NCBI GenBank assembly: GCA_050012475.1
Contig: JBEKHC010000009.1
Span: 12,960 to 76,959 of the forward strand
Length of the DNA stretch: 64,000 nt
DNA from: Candidatus Velthaea sp.
GTDB taxonomy: Bacteria; Vulcanimicrobiota; Vulcanimicrobiia; Vulcanimicrobiales; Vulcanimicrobiaceae
Direction of reading: 5' to 3'
Position numbers and translations under genes: made by a program. This document shows positions 20,309 through 30,932 of the stretch, piece by piece; position 1 is the first letter of the stretch, and each line of letters begins with the position of its first letter. A model generated the notes under the pieces. That model made no database searches, was not told the DNA's origin, and saw only the letters and a program-made list of their open reading frames with translations.

Positions 20309-21262
20309 ATGAGACGCAGTGTCTGGATCTCAATCGTCGTCCTCGCCATCCCCATCGTTGCGAGCGCCGACATCTTCGCAAGCTTTGCGCATGACCTGAC
20401 GGCCGCGCGCGCCCGCCTCGTCGGTCACAGCGAGACGATCCAGACGTCGTTCGGTACCTTGGAATACGCTACGATTGGCGAGGGCGAGCCGATACTCGCC
20501 GTCCACGGTGCCGGCGGCGGCTTCGATCAGGGCATCGATATGACCGGTGCGCTCGTCAGGCAAGGATATCGGCTCATCGTGCCGTCCCGTTTTGGTTATC
20601 TTCGTTCGGCCATGCCCGCCAACCCCACGACGGCGATGCAGGCCGATGCTTACGTCCAACTTCTCGACCGTCTTGGCATGAACAAGGTGGTGGTCATCGC
20701 CATTTCTGCCGGCGCATGGTCTTCGATGCAGTTCGCGATCCGGCACCCGGGACGCTGTCGGGCGCTCGTGCTTCTGGTTCCGGCGAATTACTTGCCGGCG
20801 GGCACGTCCATTCACGGCGGCCCGTTTGCCCAGGCAATTTTTGAGTCCGATTTTCTCGCCTGGGCAGCCCTGAAATTGATGCCGCTCATGCCTGGCGCAA
20901 TGACCCAGATGATGCTTGGCACGGACGCCTCCGTTTTGCGCAGCGCCGAGCCGAGCGAGAAGGCGCGCGTTCAGCAAATTCTCGACCACCTTCTGCCGGT
21001 AAGCCTGCGCTCCGGAGGAATGCAGTTCGACGTAAAGACTGCCGCCACGCGCGCGCCCTACCGGATCGACAAGATCGGCTGCCCGGTTCTGGCGGTCAGT
21101 GCCCGCGACGATCGGTTCGGCACCGCCGGTCGCGCGACGTCTATCGCAGCTAACGTGCCTTACGGCAAGGCGATGATCTTTCCGACCGGCGGCCATGCCT
21201 TGGTCGGTCGCTCGGCCGAGACGCTCCGCGCGATCACGTCCTTCCTCCGAAGCGTGCGGTAG
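20309..21262 (+). CDS. Alpha/beta hydrolase with a signal or anchor peptide
   Basis: VHGAGGG, SRFGY, AISAG nucleophile elbow, GGH. Confidence 0.85.
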   Translation: MRRSVWISIVVLAIPIVASADIFASFAHDLTAARARLVGHSETIQTSFGTLEYATIGEGEPILAVHGAGGGFDQGIDMTGALVRQGYRLIVPSRFGYLRSAMPANPTTAMQADAYVQLLDRLGMNKVVVIAISAGAWSSMQFAIRHPGRCRALVLLVPANYLPAGTSIHGGPFAQAIFESDFLAWAALKLMPLMPGAMTQMMLGTDASVLRSAEPSEKARVQQILDHLLPVSLRSGGMQFDVKTAATRAPYRIDKIGCPVLAVSARDDRFGTAGRATSIAANVPYGKAMIFPTGGHALVGRSAETLRAITSFLRSVR

Positions 21263-21562
21263 CGGACGGGCATCGGCGCGCGCGGCCGCGGTGAATCTGG
21301 GTCAAACATGACTCGATCGAGCTGATCGACGATCTGAGCGCGTCCTTGCCGGCCCGTGCCCAGGGCCCATGCCGCAGGCGCCTACACCGTAGGACAAAGC
21401 AAGTATTCTCCAGCTGTGTGTCCGGAATTCTCCGTTACCAGCCTGTAACCGCCGAGCCGTATCGTCAGAGCCGTCAGCGGTTCGCCCTAGCGACCCGCTC
21501 CACACCCGGCGCACGATTCATGCTGCGCCTCACTCGGCGTATGCCGCAAGAGGATCATCACC

Positions 21563-22168
21563 ATGCAATTGCTCAAACTCGCGCAAGCACTTGGGGTTAC
21601 CGGCTCGCTGTTGCTGACCGCCACGACCGGCGCGTTTGCCTCCAATCGCATCCAATTTCCCATGGCCGTGTCAGCCGGCGCCAAAGCCTGTCTGCCGCAC
21701 GCTGCCGGGCTTGTGACCGACGTTTCGGTCGGGCCGGTCGAGGAGCTGAAAGTCCAAGTCGCCGGCTTGCCCAAGAACACCGACTTCGATTTCTTCGTCA
21801 TCCAAGACCCGGTTGCGCCCTTTGGGCTGTCTTGGTATCAGGGCGACATCGAAACGGACGCGCACGGCGAGGGCTCAGGCTATTTCATCGGCCGATTCAG
21901 CGTCGAAACGTTCATCGTCGCGCCCAACGTCACGGCCGCACCGCTGGTGTTCAATAACCTGCCGTTCCCGGACGCGAGCGCGAATCCGAAGACCGGCCCC
22001 GTCCAGCTGTACCATCTCGGGCTGTGGTTCAACGCCCCGTCCGACGCAGCGCACGCCGGTTGCGCGCCAACCGTCACGCCCTTCAACGGCACGCACAACG
22101 CGGGCATCCAGGCCCTCAATACCGCGAACTTCCCGGCGCTTCGAGGGCCGCTCTTCTACCTGCACTAA
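21563..22168 (+). CDS. Secreted hypothetical protein
   Basis: GAGGA RBS, signal peptide ending AFA, protein-like sequence (FGLSWYQGDIETD, HLGLWFN). Confidence 0.8.
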   Translation: MQLLKLAQALGVTGSLLLTATTGAFASNRIQFPMAVSAGAKACLPHAAGLVTDVSVGPVEELKVQVAGLPKNTDFDFFVIQDPVAPFGLSWYQGDIETDAHGEGSGYFIGRFSVETFIVAPNVTAAPLVFNNLPFPDASANPKTGPVQLYHLGLWFNAPSDAAHAGCAPTVTPFNGTHNAGIQALNTANFPALRGPLFYLH

Positions 22169-22182
22169 GTGCGCCGCATTCC

Positions 22183-22210
22183 GGAGGACGAGCTCCGCGG
22201 CTCGTCCTCC
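22183..22210 (+). other. Perfect intercistronic hairpin
   Basis: GGAGGACGAGC-tccgcg-GCTCGTCCTCC; 11-bp stem with no U-tract. Confidence 0.7.
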
Positions 22211-22232
22211 GCCAGAAACGAAAGGAACTTCG

Positions 22233-22883
22233 ATGCATACGAACATTCGACGAAGCGTCATTGCGTTCGCTCTTCTTCTCTCGGTCGCCGCAGTTACGCC
22301 GATCGCGCGCGCCGCCGATGAGCCGGCCCGAGGCGACTACGTGGGCCAACTACAGGGACTCGAACGCGGCGCCATCGCGATCTCGACCGACGGCCGCAGC
22401 GTTCTCGCTTATGTGTGCGACGGCACCGCCGAACACGTGACGGTCGCGCAGTGGTTCAAAGGAACCCCGTCGGCCAACACGCTATCGTTGGGCGCCGGCA
22501 GAGCGACCCTGGACGCACGACTCGATACAGATCGCGCCAGCGGAACGGTCACGCTCGCGGACGGACGAACCTTCGCATTCCGGGCCGTCGCGGTCGCAGA
22601 TCCGGCCGCTAGCGCGGGTCTATTTCGCAGCGAGCTGGATAGCGGCGGCCACCACTACATCGCCGGCTGGATCGAGGAACCGGCCCGCACCGAACTGCAG
22701 CCGGCACAAGTAACCTTCGCGGACGGCTGGATCGACTGGTCGAACGCCGGCGCCCTCGGCGGCATCATCGACGAGTTGCGTTTCCCGCGGGTGGCTCCGA
22801 CGATCGGACCGGCGACGACGCGGATCGCATCGCCAATCGGCGAATTGGACGTTCGCCGTGTCCGTCAAGGCCGGACGGAGTAA
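22233..22883 (+). CDS. Secreted hypothetical protein
   Basis: AAAGGA RBS, signal peptide ending ARA, AYVCDG...WFKG beta-rich domain. Confidence 0.75.
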   Translation: MHTNIRRSVIAFALLLSVAAVTPIARAADEPARGDYVGQLQGLERGAIAISTDGRSVLAYVCDGTAEHVTVAQWFKGTPSANTLSLGAGRATLDARLDTDRASGTVTLADGRTFAFRAVAVADPAASAGLFRSELDSGGHHYIAGWIEEPARTELQPAQVTFADGWIDWSNAGALGGIIDELRFPRVAPTIGPATTRIASPIGELDVRRVRQGRTE

Positions 22884-25738
22884 CGCGCAAAGCGCCCGTG
22901 CGCCAAGTCGCGCAATGCGCTCGATGGTTCCGTGTCGAGTTCTTGCGCCAACGTCGCAGAATAGCGTTTGAATTCGCGCTGCGCTCCGATTTCGTCTCCG
23001 CGGGCATACCGGGCAAGCATGGCAATCTTGCAGCCGATCTCGTCGTGCGGGTCGTGGGCCGCGATCTCGCGCGCCAGATTGAGCGCCTTATCGGTGTCGC
23101 CGTTCTCGATCGCACTCGTGGCCAAGCGCTCCACGACTTCCAAACGCAGTTCGGCGATCCGCCGCGCCGTCGGAGCGAACCACTCCCATTCGGTCATGAA
23201 CGCCGGCAGGCCGATAACCAGCGTTCGATAGATGCCCGACAACTCGCTCGCGCCCTGCTCGTCCAACGGCCTGGGGCCGCGCAGCGCCGCAACCCGCTCT
23301 TCGGCGCGCCAGAGGTCAACCCGAATTCCGGCGCCGAGCCGGTAGCCGCGTTCGCTCCCAACAATCGCCGTTTCCCTTCCGAGCCGCTGCCGCACGCGAT
23401 AGACGCAGACCTTGAGCGCGTTGCGGGCGGCGGCGCCGTCGAGTTCGGGCCAAAGCATGTCCCCGAGCGCGTCCCGATGCACGTGCGCTTGCCGCCGAGC
23501 CAAGACGAACAGCAGCTGCAGCTCTCGATCGGAGACTCGCGCGACCTCTCCGGCGCGATAGACCGCGCCGGAGAAAACGGCAATCTCGATGTCATCACGC
23601 ACGCGTTCGGCCAAACTTTGCACGCGGCGCACGAACGGCGCGAGCATGCCGAGTTCGCCGCTGCGATCGGCAAGATAACCGGCCACTGCTTTGCGCAACG
23701 GATCGGATTCGATGCCGGCGGCAAGCCGGCGGAGTTCGTCGCGCAGCTCAGCACGGTGTGCCTGGTCGAGTTCGGCCCGGAACAGCGCGGATAAGAGCTG
23801 CGTAAACGGCAGTCCCAGCTCCACGGCGGCGCGATGGGCGGACCGCGCGTGCAGCCGAGCCAGCTCCGGCGTCTCGGCGCAGCCGCACGCGATGAGATGC
23901 CCGAAGATGTGGGAGTTGAGCGAATCGAGTCCGCCCGGCGAAGCGTCCGTTCGACCGTGCGCGCAGTCGAGAAAGAACTGCGTGCCGCGGACTTGGAAAC
24001 GCTCGGCAACTTCGCGCATCTCCGCGGCGCTCTTGGCGAACCCGTCGTCATCGCCGCATAGCCAAGTCGAGACCGTGACGCCGAAAAGCACGGAAAGTTC
24101 GAGCGCTTTCTTCCCGCTGCCGCGCGTCTGCTCGAGCAGGCGCTGCATGGTCGTCGAAGCTTCTTCAAAGCGGCCGAGCATCGGAAGCTCGTAGCTTGCG
24201 CGTCCGACGAGTACGGCTTCGGCCAGCGCCGGTGACGCCGCGAAGAACGGCTCGATGGCCTCGCGGATGCGGCTCCACTCGTTCAAGCGTCCGGCACGTA
24301 CGTGCAGATACCCGACGAGATGAAGCAGCAGTGCCTGCGCGAGATCGCGCGGTGGCTGGTCGATGCCGAACTTTTGCGCGTAGCGTTTGACGAGCACTTC
24401 GGCGTCGCGATCCTTCCCCACCCGGCCGAGCGCGACGATCAAAAGACGGAGGATGGAGAACTCGTGTTCAGCGTCGACGTCCGCCGGGAGCCCCGCCCAC
24501 ATCCGCTCGATCTCATCGAGCAAGGCTTGCGGGCTCATCGAGAAGCGGCGTTCGGTGTACGAATACAACCACAACATCGGGAACTGACGAACCAGCTCGG
24601 GGTCGACCGACGCGAGCGTTTCCAGCAACGCCGGTGTGTTGGGCGCGTTGCCCAGCGGGATCTCGTTGAGCGCTTGCACCGCGCGCCGCTCGTCGCCGGC
24701 CGCAATGAAAAGCTCGGCCGCACGAACGATGTCACCCCGCTCACGCCGCCGTTTCGCCATCTCGAGCACCAGCTCGCGCAACTCGGTTGCGAACCGGGCT
24801 TCGATCGTCGCTCGGACCAGCGGGTGCACGTCATACGCGTCGTTGGATTCCGTGCCATTGATGAATGGCATGGTCTTGGCCCATTGCGCCAGTGCGGCGA
24901 TGCGCAGAGCGTCGTCGTCGAGCGCCCAGGAGACCTCGAGCGCCGTTACTGCCGGCACGGCGCACGCGATCAGCCCGCGGAGAATCTCCGGCTTGACCGC
25001 AGCGAGCACCTCGTCCCAGAGATACTCGTACAATTCTTCAAACGCCACGTCCTCGAAGCGCCGCATCATCGCGTCGAGGATTCCTTCGCGTGCGAATCTC
25101 GCCAAGAGCAAAACCGCGATCGGCCAGCCTCGGCAGATGTTCACGATGGCCGGCGTCATTGCGTCGTTTCCGCGCGGGAAGAACGAGCGCGTCTCCTGCG
25201 GCGTGAACGCGAGATCCCCGGCCTGCAAGGAAACGATTTCGTGCGGTGCTGCGAAGCGAGTCAGTCGCAGGCGCAACGGTATCCGGGAGCAGATCGCGAT
25301 GATCCGGTTTTCGGGCCGCGAGACCAGAAAGCGTGCCAGCAGATCTTCGCATGCGCCATGCTCGAGCAAATGCTCGAGATTTTCGAAGATGAAGACGGAG
25401 TCGTCGCAGGGCAATCCCCAGGCTTCGAGTGCTGCAACGACCCCGAAACGTTCGTCGGACTCGGCTCCGACCGCAAGCTGCGCACGCTGCAGGCTCAGCC
25501 GCGCGTGAGGCAGACTCGTCGCCAGCGTCGCCAGCAGACGCCGCGTGAAGTCCGCGCGTCCTTCGACGAAACTGCAATCGCAGACGGCGCTCGCGCGCCC
25601 CTCGGCAATCTGATGCGCCAGCGTCGTTTTGCCGTAGCCTGCGGGCGCGATCAGCACGACGAGCTTTGGTCGAATGCGCCGGATGCGGGTGAGCAGATGC
25701 CGCCGCTGGAGGAGATCCTTTCCTTGCGGTCTCTTCAT
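22865..25738 (-). CDS. MalT-like ATPase regulator with a C-terminal winged-helix/BTAD (SARP) output
   Basis: Walker A APAGYGKTT, DLAFT, GWPIA, HPLVR, then LWPE...NALKVCVYRVR...VDL and a BTAD region (LDTEPS). Confidence 0.88.
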   Translation of the reverse strand: MKRPQGKDLLQRRHLLTRIRRIRPKLVVLIAPAGYGKTTLAHQIAEGRASAVCDCSFVEGRADFTRRLLATLATSLPHARLSLQRAQLAVGAESDERFGVVAALEAWGLPCDDSVFIFENLEHLLEHGACEDLLARFLVSRPENRIIAICSRIPLRLRLTRFAAPHEIVSLQAGDLAFTPQETRSFFPRGNDAMTPAIVNICRGWPIAVLLLARFAREGILDAMMRRFEDVAFEELYEYLWDEVLAAVKPEILRGLIACAVPAVTALEVSWALDDDALRIAALAQWAKTMPFINGTESNDAYDVHPLVRATIEARFATELRELVLEMAKRRRERGDIVRAAELFIAAGDERRAVQALNEIPLGNAPNTPALLETLASVDPELVRQFPMLWLYSYTERRFSMSPQALLDEIERMWAGLPADVDAEHEFSILRLLIVALGRVGKDRDAEVLVKRYAQKFGIDQPPRDLAQALLLHLVGYLHVRAGRLNEWSRIREAIEPFFAASPALAEAVLVGRASYELPMLGRFEEASTTMQRLLEQTRGSGKKALELSVLFGVTVSTWLCGDDDGFAKSAAEMREVAERFQVRGTQFFLDCAHGRTDASPGGLDSLNSHIFGHLIACGCAETPELARLHARSAHRAAVELGLPFTQLLSALFRAELDQAHRAELRDELRRLAAGIESDPLRKAVAGYLADRSGELGMLAPFVRRVQSLAERVRDDIEIAVFSGAVYRAGEVARVSDRELQLLFVLARRQAHVHRDALGDMLWPELDGAAARNALKVCVYRVRQRLGRETAIVGSERGYRLGAGIRVDLWRAEERVAALRGPRPLDEQGASELSGIYRTLVIGLPAFMTEWEWFAPTARRIAELRLEVVERLATSAIENGDTDKALNLAREIAAHDPHDEIGCKIAMLARYARGDEIGAQREFKRYSATLAQELDTEPSSALRDLAHGRFARYSVRP

Positions 25739-25965
25739 GCGACGCTGTACCAAACCTCGAGTTCACAAGCTCGGAGACGGAGCTGCCGTGTCGCTTGTTT
25801 CAACCTTGCGAACCGAAGTTCCAGCGTAGACGTAACCGCGTTCGCTCGGTCGCTTATGCGGCTATCAAGGGCCAAGCTCTTGCGGGAATTGCTTATCTGA
25901 GCTTCGCTGAGTGCGACGTCCTCGGGATTGCCCGGCCGTGAAGCAAGGGGGCTATCATCGCCAGC

Positions 25966-26820
25966 TTGTCCGCTGTAGTACCGTTGAATAGCGGTCGTTC
26001 TCTGGGACATTTCTTGCGTGAACGGCGCCTAAAGCTCGATCCCAACATCCGCTTCCTGGGGGGCCGCGAGCGGCCAGCCGTTCGATGGGGAAAACGCGTA
26101 ACTCAGGAGGAGATGGCCGAGGCGCTGGAAGTCAGTCGGGTCTGGTACGGCGCACTCGAGTCGGGATCCAGGGCGCGAACGTCGACCAGCCTGCTGGATC
26201 GCTTGGCCTCAGTTCTCATGTTGGACGGAGACGAAAGAAGTGAACTCTTCGGCATGGCTTTGCCCGAACTGAAGCCGATGGCGCTGCAAACGCAGTCCAA
26301 AGAGGCACTGGGCGGCTTTCGGATACTTCGCTCGACCGCGAAGCGACTCTGGAGCGCCACGACCGACGTTGAAGCACTGGTCATTGCTACAGAGCAGCTC
26401 GCCGGAATTTTTCGCGACGCCCACCTCGTGTTCTATTCCCGCCGCATCCGAGTCGGGACGTGGGAGTGGCCGTACATCGTCGATCGCGGTCTCGGCGACA
26501 ACAATAGACAAGCTTTCGAGGCCATCACCAGCGGAAAGACGCCCGCTGAAGTGGACGACGTCGTGCAATATCCACTGCTGTGGAAGCCTGGGGATCTCGC
26601 CACCTCCGAAGACTACCCAGCTGACGTCCGCAACGATCACAAGCGCATATTTGGGGAGCCGACCCTCGACCTCGATTCATTTCTTCACGCTCGCGTACGC
26701 TCGCGTTCCGGAATCGTCGCCGGCTTGCAAGTCAAACACCGGGGTTCGTATTCCTACACTTCCGAGGTCCGAACCATCATCGCGACCCTGGCGGACCTCG
26801 CTTCGCTCGCGCTGTCATAG
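25966..26820 (+). CDS. XRE-family HTH regulator with a C-terminal GAF-like sensor region
   Basis: LGHFLRERR...VTQEEMAEALEVSRVWYGALESG...LDRLASVLML. The sensor fold is inferred. Confidence 0.8.
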   Translation: MSAVVPLNSGRSLGHFLRERRLKLDPNIRFLGGRERPAVRWGKRVTQEEMAEALEVSRVWYGALESGSRARTSTSLLDRLASVLMLDGDERSELFGMALPELKPMALQTQSKEALGGFRILRSTAKRLWSATTDVEALVIATEQLAGIFRDAHLVFYSRRIRVGTWEWPYIVDRGLGDNNRQAFEAITSGKTPAEVDDVVQYPLLWKPGDLATSEDYPADVRNDHKRIFGEPTLDLDSFLHARVRSRSGIVAGLQVKHRGSYSYTSEVRTIIATLADLASLALS

Positions 26821-26891
26821 GGAGCTCAGCGCAACCGCGTTCCAACTCGCAGTTTGCAGACAACGGCGGCTCCGGTCTGCATACTCGGGAC

Positions 26892-27959
26892 ATGTCTCAT
26901 CATCTCGATTCACCGCTGGCACGGCAAGACGTTCGCCTGGATATCACCGATCTCTACGTTTTTCCGGGCGAGAAAGGCACGACGTTCGTGATCAACGTCT
27001 GCCACTCCATCGCCCAAAATGTACCCGTCCCCGGCTACCACCCTGAGGGCATGTACGAAATCAAAATCGACTTCAATCGCGATGGCGTCGAAGAACTCAC
27101 CTATCGCTTTACCTTCGACGCGCGCGATGCGGACGGCAAACAGCGCTGGATGCTCCGCCGGGCCGCCGGTGCCGACGCCAGCATCACTGACGCCCCGGGG
27201 ACAATCATTGCCGAAGGCGTGACCGACGAAGTTACTACGACATCGACAAACCTTCGAGCGTGGGCCGGGAAAGCTGGCGATCCATTTTGGATCGAACCGA
27301 ACGTGCTCCACGCCGTCGGCCATGCGTTCCAGGATGGAACAACGATCGATCTCTCGACCTGGGATCCCCGTCAAGCGAAAAACCTCTTTGCCGGCCACAC
27401 CGTCTACTCGATGGTTTTGGAGGTGCCGGATGAAGAACTCCTGACTCTGGGTAGCGGTGAACGTCGCCTCGGAGTATGGGCAGTCGCATCGTTAGCGACC
27501 GACGCCGGAGGCTGGCGCTCGATCAACCGTGTCGGTCTTCCCATGATCCACCCGTTGTTTACGCAAAACAACGAGGACCTCGGGAACCGTCTCAACGCCG
27601 GCCACCCGGCAAACGATTTCACGACGTATGGCCGTGCAATCTCGAATGCCATTGCGGGTGTCGTCGCCGCTTACGGAACTGCCGAAGATCCCCGCGCGTA
27701 CGGTGATAAAGTTGCGCATCGGTTCTTTCCCAACATCCTACCGTACACGATAGGAACACCGGCCTCATTCGGGTTTACGGAGTGGAACGGTCGATCGTTG
27801 ATCGACAACGCCCCGGACGTGATGTTTTCGATAGCCGCCAACACTCCGGTTCGCCTGGGCATCGGCAAAGAGTCCGTCACGTCGAAGCCATCGGCTACGT
27901 TCCCGTACGTTCCGACGGCCGCTGAGACGTTAGCCGCTGCAGCCGCGGCCCACGGCTAA
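26892..27959 (+). CDS. DUF4331-family protein
   Basis: MSHHLDSP...LDITDLYVF...DPF...INRVGLP...NGRSLIDN. Confidence 0.88.
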   Translation: MSHHLDSPLARQDVRLDITDLYVFPGEKGTTFVINVCHSIAQNVPVPGYHPEGMYEIKIDFNRDGVEELTYRFTFDARDADGKQRWMLRRAAGADASITDAPGTIIAEGVTDEVTTTSTNLRAWAGKAGDPFWIEPNVLHAVGHAFQDGTTIDLSTWDPRQAKNLFAGHTVYSMVLEVPDEELLTLGSGERRLGVWAVASLATDAGGWRSINRVGLPMIHPLFTQNNEDLGNRLNAGHPANDFTTYGRAISNAIAGVVAAYGTAEDPRAYGDKVAHRFFPNILPYTIGTPASFGFTEWNGRSLIDNAPDVMFSIAANTPVRLGIGKESVTSKPSATFPYVPTAAETLAAAAAAHG

Positions 27960-28062
27960 AGCAGAACGATTGCGCTCACGACGATCCAAGGCAGCGATAT
28001 TTGCATAGTCGCTGCGGGAGACGCCTGACGCTCGCGAACGGTCTATGACGTATACTTCGGGC

Positions 28063-29475
28063 ATGGCCGGTCGCGCTGCGCTCCGCACATTACCCGCCGC
28101 CCTAAGCTCGATCTCTGCCGTCCTTCTGAGCTTCGGCGCAATGGACGCGCTCTGCGCGCGTTTGGGCGTCGATTCGTCGCCCGCCATCTTGGCGGCCGCG
28201 CTGTCGGTCGGACTCATGCGCAACCCCGAGCGTCTCGGCGCACGCGCTCTGGGGACCAAGATCGTGGTGCTCCCGCTGATCGCGCTGGCGGCCGGGCTCG
28301 TCGGGCTGGCCATCGTCGTCGTGCCGGCACTGGGCGCCTCGCTCTTTGCGGGCAGCATCGCCTTGTCGATCTGGCTGCGCAACTTCGGCGAACGCGCGAC
28401 AGCGGCCGGCCGCACGATCGCACTGCCGTTCATCGCGATCTTGGTCGCGCCGCTTCGCCCCGACGCCGCGCACGGCAGATGGACGTCTGCGCTGCTTCTG
28501 CTCGCTGCCGGCGCGGCCGCGCTGGTGAGTACGACCATCGTCGCGGGGTTAGCCGCGCGCTTCGGAATGGCTCCCGAGCCCCGGCCGGCGCGGTTGGCAC
28601 GCCCGCGGCCGGTACGCGCCGGAGAATTACCCGTAGCGACCCGCATGGCGCTGCAAATGCTCGTCGCGCTCGGCCTTGCATTCGCCATCGGCATGCTCGC
28701 GTTTCGCGCGCACTGGTCGTGGGTCGTGCTTACCGCGTTCATCGTCTGCAGCGGCGCGGCGGGCCGCGGCGATGTTTTTTACAAAGGGCTGCTGAGGTTG
28801 GGCGGCGCGATCGGCGGCACGCTCGCGGCGGCGCTCGTCGCCCAGATCGCCTTTCCCGATCCCGTCGCGTACGCCGCGGCGGTCTTTTTCGTGCTCTTTT
28901 TGGGCCTGTGGCTGCGGCCACTGAATTACGCGTATTGGGCGGCCTGCGCCACGTTGATCTTCGCCCTGTTGCAGGGCTCGCACGGCGCGGCGATTGTGCC
29001 GCTTTTCGCCATGCGCGTGTTGTGCATGTTCATCGGGGCGCTCTGCGGAGTTGCCGCGACTTGGTTCGTGTGTCCGATTCGAACCGAGCACGTCGTGCGC
29101 AGACGCATCGCCGGCGTCCTCGCGGCACTGCGCGACGTACTGGCCGGCACTCCAGAGGGGCCGGCGCACGAGTCGCGCCTTGCCGTGCTCGAGCGGCATG
29201 CCGCCGAACTCAAGCTGGTCGAACCGCCCGTACGCCTGCACCGCGCGGTGTTCGGCGCGAAGCGTCCGGACGAGGATCCTGCGACCTGGATCGACCTGAC
29301 GCACGCGCTGCTGGCCCAGGCCCGAACGCCCGGCTTCGACCGCACGCACCTCGGCGCCGAAATGCGCCGCCTGCGCGGCATGCTGCAGTTCGACACGCTC
29401 CCGTCCGGGTCGAAGAAATCGGCATCGAAGGCATCCGCTCCAAAGCAAGGACACTCCGAGGCGCCTGAGTGCTGA
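28063..29475 (+). CDS. FUSC-family membrane transporter
   Basis: HWSWVVLTAFIV...KGLLRLGGAIGGT and many TM helices. TATACT 6 nt upstream supports ATG 28063 over 28045. Confidence 0.85.
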   Translation: MAGRAALRTLPAALSSISAVLLSFGAMDALCARLGVDSSPAILAAALSVGLMRNPERLGARALGTKIVVLPLIALAAGLVGLAIVVVPALGASLFAGSIALSIWLRNFGERATAAGRTIALPFIAILVAPLRPDAAHGRWTSALLLLAAGAAALVSTTIVAGLAARFGMAPEPRPARLARPRPVRAGELPVATRMALQMLVALGLAFAIGMLAFRAHWSWVVLTAFIVCSGAAGRGDVFYKGLLRLGGAIGGTLAAALVAQIAFPDPVAYAAAVFFVLFLGLWLRPLNYAYWAACATLIFALLQGSHGAAIVPLFAMRVLCMFIGALCGVAATWFVCPIRTEHVVRRRIAGVLAALRDVLAGTPEGPAHESRLAVLERHAAELKLVEPPVRLHRAVFGAKRPDEDPATWIDLTHALLAQARTPGFDRTHLGAEMRRLRGMLQFDTLPSGSKKSASKASAPKQGHSEAPEC

Positions 29476-29589
29476 ACTGGGCCGGCGGATCGAGCCAAAT
29501 TTCACCTGTTCGGTGCGCTGAAGGCGAGCAGTCTTGGCCGGCGCAGAAATCTTTGGCGCGAATTTTGCCGGGATGGCGCCGTAGTCACC

Positions 29590-29690
29590 GAGCGCCCTTC
29601 GCGAACGCACATCTAGCAAACGCGGATCTGCGCGGCGTGTATCTCAAACGCGCCAGTCTGCGCGCTGCGAATCTCGAAAGCGCGCGCGAG
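29590..29690 (+). pseudogene. Pentapeptide-repeat fragment
   Basis: APFANAHLANADLRGVYLKRASLRAANLESA with no credible start. Confidence 0.55.
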
Positions 29691-29768
29691 ATCCGCGACG
29701 AAAGCGTGCGAACGGCGAACACCAACGATCCGGCCGGCGGGAAAATCGGGCCCAGCCAGTGATGATCG

Positions 29769-30227
29769 TCAGTCCGTGGGCCGAGGCGGTCCCTGGCGCG
29801 CGATTCCCAACCGTCGGGCCAGGCTACGCGTATTGGAGCCGGCAACATCGGCTAACGTATACCGATCCAGCACGCCGAGCGTCGCGGCTTGCGCTTCGTC
29901 CATGATCGTTTGCAGGCTGCAGGCACCCTTGATGACGCACGATTGACCGGCCTGGCATTCGACGAGCGCGATGCGCGGTTCGGTGGCGCGTACGACGTCG
30001 CCGATGCCGATCGCATTGGCCGCTCGGGCGAGGCGCATTCCGCCGTTGCGGCCGCGAAGGGTTTCGATCAACCCGGCCTGGCCCAGATGATGCACCACTT
30101 TGGTCATGTGGTTTTCCGAGATCCCGTACGCGGTTGCGACCTCTTCGATCGACGCCAGTCGATCCGGGCGAAGCGCCAAATAGATGAGCGTGCGCAGTCC
30201 GTAGTCACTAAAACGGGTCAGCTGCAT
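29769..30227 (-). CDS. nsrR: Rrf2-family regulator, NsrR-like
   Basis: MQLTRFSDYGLRTLIYLA...ISENHMTKVV...RGRNGGMRL...LVEC..C...C, with three Cys ligands. Confidence 0.8.
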   Translation of the reverse strand: MQLTRFSDYGLRTLIYLALRPDRLASIEEVATAYGISENHMTKVVHHLGQAGLIETLRGRNGGMRLARAANAIGIGDVVRATEPRIALVECQAGQSCVIKGACSLQTIMDEAQAATLGVLDRYTLADVAGSNTRSLARRLGIARQGPPRPTD

Positions 30228-30258
30228 TGGGGGCCTGTTGTCCTCTCCGCGCGCGCCT

Positions 30259-30817
30259 CTAGGTCTGAAAGACGCGCTCGGCGATGGTTTGTACCGCCGG
30301 GATGGCGTGTTTCCGGGCCACTTGCGTTATCGCGTCGAGCTGCTTCGGCGGTCCGCAGACATAGACGTCGGGTGCCTCGATCGCCGATCGTAGATAGGCA
30401 CTGAATGCTTCTGCCGGGGTGCCGGAAAACCCGGTCCACGCCGGCCCCGGACGCCAGACGCTCAGGGTAACGCCGAGCTGCGGCAGCGCCTCGCGGAGCG
30501 CCGCGATCTCATCGGCAGAGAACAGTTCGTCTTCGTGCGTGGCCCCGAAGATCAGATGCGTGGGTTGCGTATCGCCGAAGTCAGCGAGATGGTGCAGCAT
30601 CGAGAGCACCGGCGCCGTACCGCATCCGCCGCCGATGAGGCAGCGCGGGACGCGGACTGGTTTCATCGAGGACGAAATTGCCCAGCGGACCGCGCACGAT
30701 CAGCGGGTCGCCGACGCGGGCGCGTTCACCGAGATACGTCGAAAACGCACCGTTTGCTTGGAGTCGAATCAAAAATTCGAGCCGGCCGTCCCAGTTGGGA
30801 CGATTCGCCAAGGAAGC
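30259..30817 (-). pseudogene. 5'-truncated, frameshifted FNR-type reductase (oxygenase reductase family)
   Basis: SLANRPNWDGRLEFLIR...GPLGNF, then GGGCGTAP...YVCGPP after a +1 shift at about 30648. The N-terminal part is missing. Confidence 0.8.
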
Positions 30818-30896
30818 CCGGTCAGCGAAAACGGTCTGCCTTGCCGGCTGGAATCGGCGGACGGATAGCGGGCCCGAACGGACTTTTCGGAGATAG

Positions 30897-30925
30897 TTGC
30901 TAAAAGCAACCATTGAGTTTATAGT
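30897..30925 (+). promoter_or_regulatory. Sigma70 promoter with an inverted-repeat operator over the -35 box
   Basis: TTGCTA-17-TATAGT, 7 nt before ATG 30933; TTGCT-aaa-AGCAA palindrome at 30897-30909. Confidence 0.7.
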
Positions 30926-30932
30926 GAAGCCC

